NCBI GenBank assembly: GCA_014238855.1
Contig: JABAAH010000006.1
Coordinates: 4,804-68,803, forward strand
Direction: 5' to 3'
DNA: 64,000 nucleotides
DNA from: Planctomycetota bacterium
Lineage (GTDB): Bacteria; Planctomycetota; Planctomycetia; Pirellulales; UBA1268
Part shown: positions 39,069-48,991 of the stretch, one piece after another
Numbering within the stretch: position 1 is the first letter of the stretch
How the letters are laid out: the number at the start of each line of letters is the position of its first letter
Translations under genes and position numbers: made by a program
The notes under the pieces: model-generated
What the model was told of the DNA's origin: nothing
What the model saw: only the letters and a program-made list of their open reading frames with translations
Database searches by the model: none

Positions 39069-40157
39069 CTATGAATTTGTTCGCAGAACATTTTCGACGC
39101 TATATGCGTTGTCAAATTGCTTTCCTTGTTCTTCAACTACTTTCCTGTAGTTATCGACCTGGCTGTTAATTTCTTCAATTACTGCCGGCTGATTACGTAG
39201 CGAAGGATTTTCAATAAGGCTCGCTTGTAAAGCAGTGAGCCCTTCTTCGTACGCCGATTGAGCTATTTCAAAGTCTTCACCTTGAGCGGCTCGGCTTGCT
39301 CGCTGTAATGCTTCACGTGCTTTAATGCCGTCAGGTGTCGATCCAATTGCTGAGACTGCCATCCAGTAATCGTAGTTAATGACATCACGACAACTGCTGA
39401 TACACCGTGAGTTATCTTTGGCATCAGCAAAAAGAGCACAAAGGTTTTCTGCTACAGAGCGTTGAGGTTCGGCCAAAATACTAGCAGCCGTCTGCCATGA
39501 AACTGCAGCCGTTTTTTCCCCACGCGCGGCCAAGTCAGTTTGTTCCTCGGTCCGATCGGCAAGAGGTGCTTGCAAAGCCGCTTGTGCCTCTGGTGAGAGT
39601 GACTGGATGCGCAGAGAACGAATCATGTCACGGGTATCACCAAGCATGTTCTGAAGCTTTGTTTCCAATTGTACGACACGCTGTTTTTCAGCATTGTGTA
39701 TCCAAAGCGGCAACGCTTTGTCACGGATTTTCACAAAGCGATTGGCAAGATCCTTACACTCTTTTCGGACAGACTTCCAGGCGGCCTGCGTCGTAGGGCT
39801 AAAGTCCCGATTGCTCTCGAGTTTATTAGCTTTTCGCAGTGCTGTGAGCATTGGCTGCGCTGCATCGATTAATGGCATGCCCGAGCTGTCAAACTCAGCC
39901 CTGTTAGCCGGTGCAAAACCAGCCACCGATCGCTTCATGAAAGATTTACTTGCTGAAGCGGTAGAAAGTACGGCACTCGGCATCTGTGCAAAAGCGTACA
40001 GAAGCCCCGTGATAACCATACAGATTCCAAGAATGACTTCCTCGGTGAATAAAACACGACCCGGATGTACTAGTTCATCAGTAACATCCTTGAGGTTATT
40101 TTCGGTTTGAGAAATTGAATTTTTTCGACTGCCCAAGCGTGATGTTGCGAAAAACAT
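39069..40157 (-). CDS. single-pass membrane protein with helical domain, function unknown
   Basis: 362-aa ORF with one hydrophobic helix near residue 45. The remainder is Ala/Glu/Arg/Gln-rich and predicted helical. Confidence 0.5.
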   Translation of the reverse strand: MFFATSRLGSRKNSISQTENNLKDVTDELVHPGRVLFTEEVILGICMVITGLLYAFAQMPSAVLSTASASKSFMKRSVAGFAPANRAEFDSSGMPLIDAAQPMLTALRKANKLESNRDFSPTTQAAWKSVRKECKDLANRFVKIRDKALPLWIHNAEKQRVVQLETKLQNMLGDTRDMIRSLRIQSLSPEAQAALQAPLADRTEEQTDLAARGEKTAAVSWQTAASILAEPQRSVAENLCALFADAKDNSRCISSCRDVINYDYWMAVSAIGSTPDGIKAREALQRASRAAQGEDFEIAQSAYEEGLTALQASLIENPSLRNQPAVIEEINSQVDNYRKVVEEQGKQFDNAYSVENVLRTNS

Positions 40158-40722
40158 GTTAGGGACCCTTTCTGCTGGTAGTTGACAGAAGATTGGAATT
40201 AACTAGTTCTTTTGTGAAGCATTGGTTATTTCAATCAACCGTCTTTCCACTCATTTGATGGCATGCCCCTGACTGCTGCCACCGAGTTTTCTTGAGGAAG
40301 AATATGCAACTCATTGGCCAAAAGTTTGGTGGCAATCCAGAAACTTTGTGAATGAGCTGTAAAACCTGTGAAAAGCCTGTAGGAGCTTTTTTCAATTGCG
40401 TTATTCGCAATAGACAGTTAGTGAAAACTTCGTTTCCGTTGAATCAAGGCTCGGGAAACGCGGGAAATCAAACCTTTTCGGTTCAGTGGACAGTCTCACG
40501 CCGCTGTACTGTTTTCCGACGTACGACAAAGGTCGTTATCGAGTGATCCGTTTGGCATGAGCCCCTTTTTTTAAGGTTGGTCGTGGTAGACCCGTCAGGG
40601 GGGCTGGGGCAGCAGACTGCTGCGTCACTTGTCTTGGTGCAATTAGTGGATGAAAGAATTTTGAGTAGACAACAAAAAGTGAATGATGGTATCTCGTTGT
40701 AAAAATAAAGGGTCACGTAGCT

Positions 40723-42030
40723 TTATAGTTTGTTATCCAATGGTTCCGGTGAGCTAATGCGGTAAAGGTGAGACTTTGTACGAATAATAAGATCGTTGCC
40801 AATAACGGCTGGTGATGCCATGCACCCGCTTTCAAGATTGTTTTCAGAGATCACTTCAAATGCCTCAGGGTTTGCTTGAAATACAACGCAACTACCATCT
40901 TCATCACACGCATAGAGCCGTTTCCCTGAACTCACAAGTGATGCAGAGTACCTTCCGCTGTATCGCTGACTCCAGCGAACATCGCCTGTTTCGATATCAA
41001 TACAGCTAAAAATGCCAGTATCACTGACCATATAGAGTTGATCAGCGACAACAGACTGGCTTGGGCGAGTAGGAGCTGATTTTCCGAACTTCCAAACGAC
41101 GTGTGAATCAGTGATATCCCCTCGTCCATCAGGGCGTACTGCTAATAATCGATCGCCTTTGGCAGTACAAAGAATTACGAGTCCATGGCTGTAAAGTGGT
41201 CGAGCCGCGGCATTGAAACCACCGTGGTACACCGTCCAAAGTTCCGTGCCGTTGTGCGGATCATACGCAACAGTAGCAACTGCGGCTGGGCTAATAAGCT
41301 GTATTCGGTTGTTGTGAGTAATGATCGTTGGGGTAGAGTACGCTTTTTTAAAGTCACCATTTTCAGATCCATAATTGATGGATCGATCTGTGCGCCAGAT
41401 AGTTTGCCCAGTCTTTGCATCAAGGCCGACGAGGTATTGCTGGTCGTATCCATCGAACGTCAGGTATACTATGTCTTCGAAAAATATTGGTGACGATCCT
41501 GGACCCCGATGGTGATCGCACGGCAAGTCTTGACGAGTCCACAGAATTTTTTCTGTTTCTAAATCAAGGCAGGCGGTTCCAGCACTTCCGTAATGAACCC
41601 AAAGGCAACCATCCGCTACAACAGGTGTTGGACTTGCGTAGCTGTTAAACGGGTGGCAAAACATGGGCTCATCGATTTCAAAGACAATGAGGTCCTTGCG
41701 AACACGCCCTGTTTTTACATCAATTGCGAGAAGTGAAAGCCTTCGTCCGTCCTCAGTGGCATTTGACAGCCATACGGTATTTTCTGAAATAACGGGACTC
41801 GACCATGCTTTGCCGGAGACAGGTGTTTTCCAGCAGATATTCGTTGTTTCATTCCATCGAATTGGAAGTTGCTGTGACAGTGATTTGCCATTTGCCGTCG
41901 GACCGCGAAATTGATTCCAAAAAGGGGGCAGTGTTTCGTGTGCGCAAACTTCTTTTATACCAAGACTTAGTAAAGCAAAAGTCGTAAGTAATAGAATTGA
42001 AGCTACACGTACAAAGGATTTGAAAAACAT
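40723..42030 (-). CDS. PQQ-like beta-propeller repeat protein (BamB-like fold)
   Basis: Signal peptide, then repeated W-containing blade motifs (WSSPV, LWV, ILWT, TIWRT, ELWTV, VVWKF, VRWSQ). Confidence 0.75.
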   Translation of the reverse strand: MFFKSFVRVASILLLTTFALLSLGIKEVCAHETLPPFWNQFRGPTANGKSLSQQLPIRWNETTNICWKTPVSGKAWSSPVISENTVWLSNATEDGRRLSLLAIDVKTGRVRKDLIVFEIDEPMFCHPFNSYASPTPVVADGCLWVHYGSAGTACLDLETEKILWTRQDLPCDHHRGPGSSPIFFEDIVYLTFDGYDQQYLVGLDAKTGQTIWRTDRSINYGSENGDFKKAYSTPTIITHNNRIQLISPAAVATVAYDPHNGTELWTVYHGGFNAAARPLYSHGLVILCTAKGDRLLAVRPDGRGDITDSHVVWKFGKSAPTRPSQSVVADQLYMVSDTGIFSCIDIETGDVRWSQRYSGRYSASLVSSGKRLYACDEDGSCVVFQANPEAFEVISENNLESGCMASPAVIGNDLIIRTKSHLYRISSPEPLDNKL

Positions 42031-42068
42031 TGGGAAATCAATTTTTTGTAATTTAATTACGACTGTTT

Positions 42069-43064
42069 TTATCTTGGAAATGAAGGCTGGTTGGGTATTG
42101 ATTCAGTTGAAATTTCATGGTCGCTGTCAGAAAATTGGTTTTCAAGAAAGAGCCTAACTTGGTTATCGAGTTCCTTCGATTGAAGCCGCCCATGGCCACC
42201 ACCTTCAATTGCAATGAGTCTGGTCGAGACACCGGCATTTTGAAGTGACTTATGGAGTTGAGAAGACTGTTCAAAAGGCACGAGCTTGTCATCGGTGCCA
42301 TGAATTATCAAAAAAGGTGGGTCATCTCTTGAGCAATAGTGAATTGGTGAGGCTGCCATCGCGACTTCTTTTTGCTCAAGAAGCGGACCACCGAGTAGCA
42401 GTGATTCTGGGGAGTCCGGATTATTATGATTCCCACCCATGTTTGTGAGATTCGCTGGACCAAAAAAATCAATAACGCCGCTTACCCGACTACTACTATT
42501 AATAAAAGTGCCGATTTGTCCCTCAAGGGCCGAGACATCACCAGATGTTCCAAGCATGGCAACGAGGTGTCCACCCGCCGAGGTTCCGACAGCAATAATT
42601 TTTGTTGGGTCAGCATGATATGTTTTTGCATTCGCCCGAAGCCAGCGGATGGCTGCCTTGCAATCATGTATCTGTGCAGGCCACGTAGCTTCGTCTGTCA
42701 GCCGATAGCCAATCGATACGCCTATATACTTTCCAGTACTGACAAGTGGAGCTAGAAATGGAAGGCCACTACGGCGACTGCCTTTTCTCCATCCACCACC
42801 ATGAACAAATGCTATGACTGGGAGGGGATTATCACTCATTCGAGTATTGGGAAGAAAAAGATCTACTTGTTGTCGGGGATTGTCGGTGTCTGCGTAAGAG
42901 ACATTCTGAATGATTTTTATTTGCCGAGCATCGGAGTGTCCAAGTTGTTGATTCTGCTCGCCTGAAGGATCTGCCGACTGTGTCTCCTTGGAACTGGTGA
43001 GTACGATTCCCGAGAAAAAAAGAATGAAGCAGATCAAGTCATATCGCAGTAGAGGAAATCTCAT
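42069..43064 (-). CDS. alpha/beta hydrolase (esterase/lipase-like)
   Basis: Signal peptide, oxyanion FVHGGGW, nucleophile elbow GTSAGGH, and C-terminal HG..D..V catalytic region. Confidence 0.8.
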   Translation of the reverse strand: MRFPLLRYDLICFILFFSGIVLTSSKETQSADPSGEQNQQLGHSDARQIKIIQNVSYADTDNPRQQVDLFLPNTRMSDNPLPVIAFVHGGGWRKGSRRSGLPFLAPLVSTGKYIGVSIGYRLTDEATWPAQIHDCKAAIRWLRANAKTYHADPTKIIAVGTSAGGHLVAMLGTSGDVSALEGQIGTFINSSSRVSGVIDFFGPANLTNMGGNHNNPDSPESLLLGGPLLEQKEVAMAASPIHYCSRDDPPFLIIHGTDDKLVPFEQSSQLHKSLQNAGVSTRLIAIEGGGHGRLQSKELDNQVRLFLENQFSDSDHEISTESIPNQPSFPR

Positions 43065-43100
43065 GGTTGTTTCTCCGTAAGTATCATTGGCTACAATTCG

Positions 43101-44639
43101 CTATCCATCGTTTATTCGTTTTATCTTGAAGCTACGAAACTCCACCGGATCATTATGGCCAGCGAGACCAACATAGCCATTTTCCCGGTCAAGTCCTCCA
43201 GGCACATGATCCATTTTGCTTCGGTCAAGAGTGTCCAGTTTTACATCAAGAATACATGTGCCATTGAGTTTCACGGTCAACCTGTTGTTTTGAATAATGA
43301 TTTCTTCAAAGTTCCATTCACCAGTCGGTCTCAAATAGCCTTGCTTGGCACCAACGCAAAAATAAAGACTGCCGTGATGCTGGTAGTCCTTGAGTTCTGG
43401 CTTGCCTGCAGATGTCATTCTGGTGTTATAACCGGTATCATCAATGACTTGAATTTCCATGCCATCATGCGCACTATGTCCACCATCTGGAACTCGTAAT
43501 GCGATTCCATTATTGCCTGCTGTTGGAAGCTTGAACTCAATGCGGATGATAGCATCACCGAAGGTTTCTTTTGTAAGAAGATCTCCACCCATGCCTGGCT
43601 TGCATGTGATGTTGCCCTTATGGATCTCGTAGCTGTCAGTTGCTCCTTGCCAGTTTGACAAGTTCTGTCCATTATTCAGTTCGGTGAAGCCGTTGTTGTT
43701 TTGTGATCGCAGGAAATCATTGGCTTCACTTGGTGGAATTTCCCGTATGGAAATATTTCGCCATCGGATTTCGCTGCCGTGTGTTTGCAATTGAATTGGA
43801 CCTCTCGGCGGTACAGGGTCAACGAAAAAACCGTTTGTTTTACTTCCCTCGCCTCTATTTTTTCTGTGCGCAAAAAAATTATCCATGACAGCATTTTGAA
43901 CAACAGTTTCCCCGTTCAGTTCAACGGTTACTCGTTCACCGATCATTTTAATTCGGAAATGATTCCATTCGCCGAAAGGACGATCCATCAAAGCAAGGGG
44001 GTGTTTGCCTTCTTCTTGTTTGTTGTTCCAGAGTCCACCAGACCCTCGGTCTGCGCCTAACTTGAATTTCTTTTCATCAGTCGAATCCCATATCTGGACT
44101 TGTGGGATGCCGCGGAGATAGATTCCACTGTCACCAAAGGGCTGCATCTTATAGTCCACTAAGAGTTCGAAGTCCCCGTATTCTTCGTCAGTTGTGAGAT
44201 AGAGGCCTTTCCCGTCATTCACGAGTTCATTGTCTACAACTCGCCAGTGGGCATTGATGTGATCACCCACATCAATGCCTTTTTTGTTGAGAAGTCCGCC
44301 GCCAATAGATTTTTTTTTGTAGTCAACTTGCTCTTCTGGCGACATGTTATTGAAGTCATTCGGGTCTTGTGTGGTCCAGCCATACCAGCCGGTTAAATTC
44401 TTGCCGTTAAACAAAGAAACAAATCCTTGAGGAGGCACATTATTTTTTGGTGGCATTACAACGGAATCTTCTTCATTTTGGTTTTTGGAGACAGAGTCTT
44501 GCCATGTCTTTTCAGGTCGTAAAGGTTTTATCCGTTGAGTTCCGCGTTGTCTTATTTTGGACAATGGGCCAGCGGCAAAAATTTTAGTTCCGTCCAGTAC
44601 ACATGTCGCAAGGAGAAGAGTGAGAAGAATTCGGGTCAT
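43101..44639 (-). CDS. tandem DUF1080 (3-keto-disaccharide hydrolase-like) domain protein
   Basis: Two copies of the LFNGKNLTGW / LNNGQNLSNWQG opening motif followed by jelly-roll-like segments (GDFELLVDYK, NSG-type, FRSFKIK end). Confidence 0.75.
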   Translation of the reverse strand: MTRILLTLLLATCVLDGTKIFAAGPLSKIRQRGTQRIKPLRPEKTWQDSVSKNQNEEDSVVMPPKNNVPPQGFVSLFNGKNLTGWYGWTTQDPNDFNNMSPEEQVDYKKKSIGGGLLNKKGIDVGDHINAHWRVVDNELVNDGKGLYLTTDEEYGDFELLVDYKMQPFGDSGIYLRGIPQVQIWDSTDEKKFKLGADRGSGGLWNNKQEEGKHPLALMDRPFGEWNHFRIKMIGERVTVELNGETVVQNAVMDNFFAHRKNRGEGSKTNGFFVDPVPPRGPIQLQTHGSEIRWRNISIREIPPSEANDFLRSQNNNGFTELNNGQNLSNWQGATDSYEIHKGNITCKPGMGGDLLTKETFGDAIIRIEFKLPTAGNNGIALRVPDGGHSAHDGMEIQVIDDTGYNTRMTSAGKPELKDYQHHGSLYFCVGAKQGYLRPTGEWNFEEIIIQNNRLTVKLNGTCILDVKLDTLDRSKMDHVPGGLDRENGYVGLAGHNDPVEFRSFKIKRINDG

Positions 44640-44743
44640 GGGTATCCCTGTTCATAAATGAGGGTTTTGGGGGCGTGCTTTGGATGTATTTCGCCCGGTG
44701 TCTTGTTGCTGGCTGGAGATTTTCATACTTGGTCAGGCGTCCG

Positions 44744-46159
44744 TCAGACGTCACCTGGTTCCATGTCGAAATATTGGACTGCGTTACGGTAGCTTATACG
44801 GCAGACCATATCTTTCATTGCTGCGAAGTCGTTCGGCAGTAATCCCTGCTCAATATCATTTCCGATAATGTTGCACAGAAGTCGTCGGAAATATTCATGC
44901 CTTGGGTACGATAGGAAACTCCGTGAATCGGTTAGCATTCCAACAAAATTGGACAGAAGACCAATTTGAGAGAGGGTGTTGATCTGCCAACGCATGCCAT
45001 CAAGTTGATCAAGGAACCACCAGCCACTGCCGAACTGTATCTTGCCAGCTATGCCATCCCCTTGGAAGTTTCCACAAGCAGCGGCGATGGCATAATTATC
45101 CGAAGGGTTGAGGTTGTAAAGAACTGTCTTCGGTAGGCACTGTCGTTTGTCTAATTCATCCAGGTATCCGATAAGCATTTCCATTTGTGGCAAATCACCG
45201 ATGGAATCATAGCCAGCATCAGGTCCGAGTCGTTCAAGTCCACGACTGTTTGTGTTTCGTAATGCACCGAGATGAAGTTGCTTCGTCCACTTTTTTTGTG
45301 CGTCAAGTTCACCAAAGTAGATCATCATGTAGCCGCGATAGGCCTGGAGTTCTTCATCTGAGACGGTGTCTCCTTTAACAGCAGCGTCGTAGACTTTTCT
45401 CGTTTGATCTTTTGTGCCACCTCTACCGAAGCATTGGGCGAGACCATGATCTGACAGGCGACTTCCAAGGTTATGGAAAAAATTGTGGCGGCTCGCGATC
45501 GCTTCCAGAAACGCGTCGAAGTCTTTACATGAAAAGCCAGCAATTTGTTCTAGTCGTTTGATCCAATCTTGAAAGACCTCTGGTTGGTTTACCATAAGTG
45601 CCTTGTCAGGACGGAAGGCCGGGTACACCCGAGTTTCTAATGAGCTGTTTGCGATATTTAAATGATGAGTAAGGCTGTCGCATGGATCGTCTGTTGTTCC
45701 GATAGCTGCGACTCGAAAACGCTTCAGCAATGATTGAGCCGAGACTTTTTTCAGCTGTGCATTCGTGTTTTCCCAAATGCGTTGAGCGGATGATGAATCA
45801 AGAACGTCATGAATGCCGAATACTCGCGACAGTTCGAGGTGGCTCCAGTGCCATAATGGATTCCGTAAGAGCTTGGGCATTGTTTCTGCAAACGCACAGA
45901 ATTTTTCTGAATCCGTTGCATTTCCAGTAATGTACTTTTCCTGGACACCTGCAGCACGTAGAGCCCGCCATTTGTAGTGGTCTCCACGAAGCCAAATGTC
46001 TGTGAGGTTTGCCCACTGCTTGTCTCCGGCAATTTCTTCGGGAGAAAGGTGGCAATGGTAGTCATAAATCGGCTCTTTGCCTGCGGCTGCGTAGAGTTCT
46101 TTTGCAGCATCAGTTGAGAGAAGAAAATCGGGGTTTGTTACTGGGTTTGTGTGTCGCAC
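44744..46159 (-). CDS. uxaC: glucuronate isomerase
   Basis: 471 aa. PIYDYHCHLSP, GDHYKWR and WWFLD motifs characteristic of UxaC. Confidence 0.9.
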   Translation of the reverse strand: MRHTNPVTNPDFLLSTDAAKELYAAAGKEPIYDYHCHLSPEEIAGDKQWANLTDIWLRGDHYKWRALRAAGVQEKYITGNATDSEKFCAFAETMPKLLRNPLWHWSHLELSRVFGIHDVLDSSSAQRIWENTNAQLKKVSAQSLLKRFRVAAIGTTDDPCDSLTHHLNIANSSLETRVYPAFRPDKALMVNQPEVFQDWIKRLEQIAGFSCKDFDAFLEAIASRHNFFHNLGSRLSDHGLAQCFGRGGTKDQTRKVYDAAVKGDTVSDEELQAYRGYMMIYFGELDAQKKWTKQLHLGALRNTNSRGLERLGPDAGYDSIGDLPQMEMLIGYLDELDKRQCLPKTVLYNLNPSDNYAIAAACGNFQGDGIAGKIQFGSGWWFLDQLDGMRWQINTLSQIGLLSNFVGMLTDSRSFLSYPRHEYFRRLLCNIIGNDIEQGLLPNDFAAMKDMVCRISYRNAVQYFDMEPGDV

Positions 46160-46182
46160 AGGCTTTCAAAAAAGTATGAGTG

Positions 46183-47730
46183 TTATTCGGTTTTATCGTT
46201 TCGCCCGACTGGTCTGTTTTGTGTTCCCTTCATACTGTGAAGACTGTCGCCAAGAGTTTTGCGGTACCGGTCAGCACGAGCAGTTAATTTCTTAACGATA
46301 GCGGGATGGTCTGAAGCTACGTTCTTGGACTCACTGATATCACTACTCAGATCATAGAGTGATAGTGGTAACTCGCGTACCACATAGCCGTGCCTGCTGG
46401 CGATGCCTTCGATACCACTGTTACTAATTGACTGCGGTGCAAGGCGGCCATAACCCGCAGGCTTGCCGTCAGTTCTTGTATCTCCGTTGATGACAAGATA
46501 TTTGTGAGGAAAGTGGATCTTCCATTTGCCATCCCGAAGAGCCTGAAGTTCACTTCCAGCATAAAACACGAGCCCGTCTTGCCGATTCACAGTATTTGCG
46601 GATCCTTGGAGAACTTCGGCAATATTGATGCCATCAATTGGTTTGTGCGGCAGAGGCGCTCCAGCCAAGTGGCAAAACGTCGGCAGGAGGTCGATTGAGA
46701 TAATTGGAGCAGTACATGTCCGTCCTGCGGGTATTGTACCCGGCCATCGAGCGACCATTGGTACTCGCACGCCACCCTCAAATGTTGTCAGTTTGCCACC
46801 CCGAAGAACACCAGACTGCCCCGCATGTGTGCCATAACTTAAGAAGGGGCCATTATCATTTGTAAAGATAACCAGCGTATTGTTTGTGAGCTTGTACTGG
46901 TCGATCGCTTTTACGATTTCGCCAACAGACCAGTCGATTTCTTCGATGACATCTCCGTACAATCCTCTGGCTGATTTTCCTCGAAATTTGTCTGATGCAA
47001 AGATCGGTACATGGGGCATGATGTGAGGCACATACAAGAAGAAAGGCTGATCCTTGTTCTTCTCGATAAAATTCACGGAGCGATCAGTAAGTCGTTTTGT
47101 AAACAGTCGCTGATCGGGGTCTTTTTCAATAACAGTGTTGCCATCGTAGAGTGGCAGTGGTGGCATAGAGTCTGCCAGTACAGGATGATATTTTGTGTTG
47201 TCATTCGAATAGGGAATTCCAAGCCATTCCTGAAACCCGTTTTTTGAAGGTGCAAAAAATGGAGGCAGGCCAAGATGCCATTTCCCAAACATGCCAGTTG
47301 CATATCCTGCTTTCATGAGAAGTTCTGGGAGAAGTTCTTCCTCTGGTGAAATGCCTGTCGTGCTCGTGTGGTTTAATGCCCCCTCAAGCCCAACACGGTT
47401 GGCGTAGCATCCCGTCATAAGTGCAGCACGTGAGGCGGTGCAAACTGCTTGCGCAACATAGAAGTTATTGAACTTTGTTCCTTCTTCAATAAGGCGATCA
47501 ATGTTCGGGGTTTTGATGCCGGACGTTGTTGTGAAGCCAGGGAGATCACCCCATCCCATGTCGTCCGTGAAAATGAGAACTATGTTTGGGCGAGCCGTAT
47601 CAACTGCAAATGCGATATTTGGGGAAAAACATGCGGCCGCAACCAATCCCATGCAGAATATTTTTAAAGGGTTCAGTTCAAGAGAACTGAACAAAGCAGA
47701 TGAAAAGAAATGCAGGCATCGATGACGCAT
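46183..47730 (-). CDS. arylsulfatase family protein
   Basis: PNIVLIFTDDMGWGD, formylglycine motif CTASRAALMTG and GKWHLG. ATG 47730 or a later Met is the likely start, followed by a signal peptide. Confidence 0.9.
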   Translation of the reverse strand: MRHRCLHFFSSALFSSLELNPLKIFCMGLVAAACFSPNIAFAVDTARPNIVLIFTDDMGWGDLPGFTTTSGIKTPNIDRLIEEGTKFNNFYVAQAVCTASRAALMTGCYANRVGLEGALNHTSTTGISPEEELLPELLMKAGYATGMFGKWHLGLPPFFAPSKNGFQEWLGIPYSNDNTKYHPVLADSMPPLPLYDGNTVIEKDPDQRLFTKRLTDRSVNFIEKNKDQPFFLYVPHIMPHVPIFASDKFRGKSARGLYGDVIEEIDWSVGEIVKAIDQYKLTNNTLVIFTNDNGPFLSYGTHAGQSGVLRGGKLTTFEGGVRVPMVARWPGTIPAGRTCTAPIISIDLLPTFCHLAGAPLPHKPIDGINIAEVLQGSANTVNRQDGLVFYAGSELQALRDGKWKIHFPHKYLVINGDTRTDGKPAGYGRLAPQSISNSGIEGIASRHGYVVRELPLSLYDLSSDISESKNVASDHPAIVKKLTARADRYRKTLGDSLHSMKGTQNRPVGRNDKTE

Positions 47731-48130
47731 ATCAGTCTCGCAATCAACTTTTTGGTGGTAAGAACTTCCCATAGATCCTAAGCCGGAGTTTACTGTATTT
47801 CGGCCTTAACCTCGATAGCCAAGTTTGAATTAAGTGACTATTACCGGGGTGCCCATGATAGAAAATATTCTTTCAGGATCATTATTTGTGAGTTCAATGG
47901 TGCTCGTGAAAAAACTATAATTTCAGGAAGCCGGACACAGGGCCTCAAATAGAAGAGCTGGGTTTCATGAAAAAGAATCATGAACAGCGAGGCAGATATA
48001 CGAAGTCTATTCCGTATTCGTTCCTGTGGTTTTCCTTTAAACATACCTAAGGTATTGCTTGAATATCTGTACCAAATTTCATGTAGTCTGTCATTTATTT
48101 TGAAGCTTGGCTAAGCAATCGAAAGCATTT

Positions 48131-48531
48131 TCATGAACTCTGAGGAGCGTATCTCACTTCAAAGATAATTGATGAGGCAACCGGATTCCCAAAGTTTGGC
48201 TGATCTGCTGCAATGCCACCAAACATATGTCCAAGAACGGTTTCAGTTGTTAACGCTTCGACGTGAGTTATGTCGTCAAAAAAACGCTTATTCCCAGAGC
48301 AGGAAAAAAGCGTGCGTTTGCACCAAAATAAAGAAGGTCATCACCACCGTCATAAATGTCCGGGAAGTCAGTGAGGCACTGTTGCTGATAAGTACCAGGT
48401 GCATCCCTTAAACCAGCTGTTATCTGTCTGTTGAAACCGTAGTTGTCATCGTGGCTCAACGGACCGGAATCTGGACCGGAATCTGGATCGAATGTATTGG
48501 CTGAAATACCACCAAGAAGGACCTCAGTCAT
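48131..48531 (-). pseudogene. possible frameshifted small gene next to tRNA
   Basis: The 87-aa ORF ends at 48268 right after a T7 run (minus strand; A7 at 48283-48289 on plus). The adjacent frame continues as RFFDDITHVEALTTETVLGHMFGGIAADQPNFGNPVASSIIFEVRYAPQSS to the TGA at 48133-48131. Confidence 0.3.
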
Positions 48532-48711
48532 GTCGCTAAGACATTACTCGGTGTAAAGCTAATTTCAGATATAACGGAAGGCAATGAAACAGTTTTTAAC
48601 TACTGAAAAGAATTTTAAAAAACGAGCAATTCAAGATGAAATGAGAATACATCTAGGCAAAACAAGTCGCTTGCTTAGATGAGATGCCATATTTTTGAGT
48701 ACGAGAGCAAA

Positions 48712-48785
48712 TAGCGGCGGCCGGACTTGAACCGGCGACACCAGGCTTATGAAGCCTGTGCTCTAACCAACTGAGCTACGCCGCC
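48712..48785 (-). tRNA. tRNA with CAT anticodon (elongator Met-like; Ile2/lysidine type not excluded)
   Basis: The minus strand reads GGCGGCG TA GCTC AGTTGGTTA GAGC A CAGGC TTCATAA GCCTG GTGTC GCCGG TTCAAGT CCGGC CGCCGCT A. This is a full cloverleaf with G1-U72 wobble and no encoded CCA. The D arm is identical to my recollection of E. coli elongator tRNA-Met. Confidence 0.9.
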
Positions 48786-48902
48786 CTCTGGAGATGTACT
48801 GTCTATAACAGAACTTCATCTACGGAAACTCCACTATAACCCATCTTTTCATCGGTGCATCCGTGAATACGTAAAGATTTAAGAAGGAGAGCGATCTGAC
48901 TC

Positions 48903-48943
48903 AAAAAAAACCGACTCGGGCTTTCTTTCGGAAGCCCGAGTCG
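48903..48943 (-). terminator. rho-independent terminator
   Basis: 12-bp stem cgactcgggctt / aagcccgagtcg with an 8-nt loop, followed on the minus strand by T8 (A8 at 48903-48910 on plus). It lies about 50 nt downstream of the 48992 stop. Confidence 0.8.
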
Positions 48944-48991
48944 ATTACCGCTGTGACCACCATAGGTATCTGTAGTGTCTCTTGGTACGTA

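Noticed and set aside
47773-48990. AT-rich tRNA-flanking stretch as an integrated mobile element
   Set aside because: There is no integrase, transposase or phage gene, and I did not spot a direct repeat of the tRNA 3' end. Only a decayed small ORF is present.
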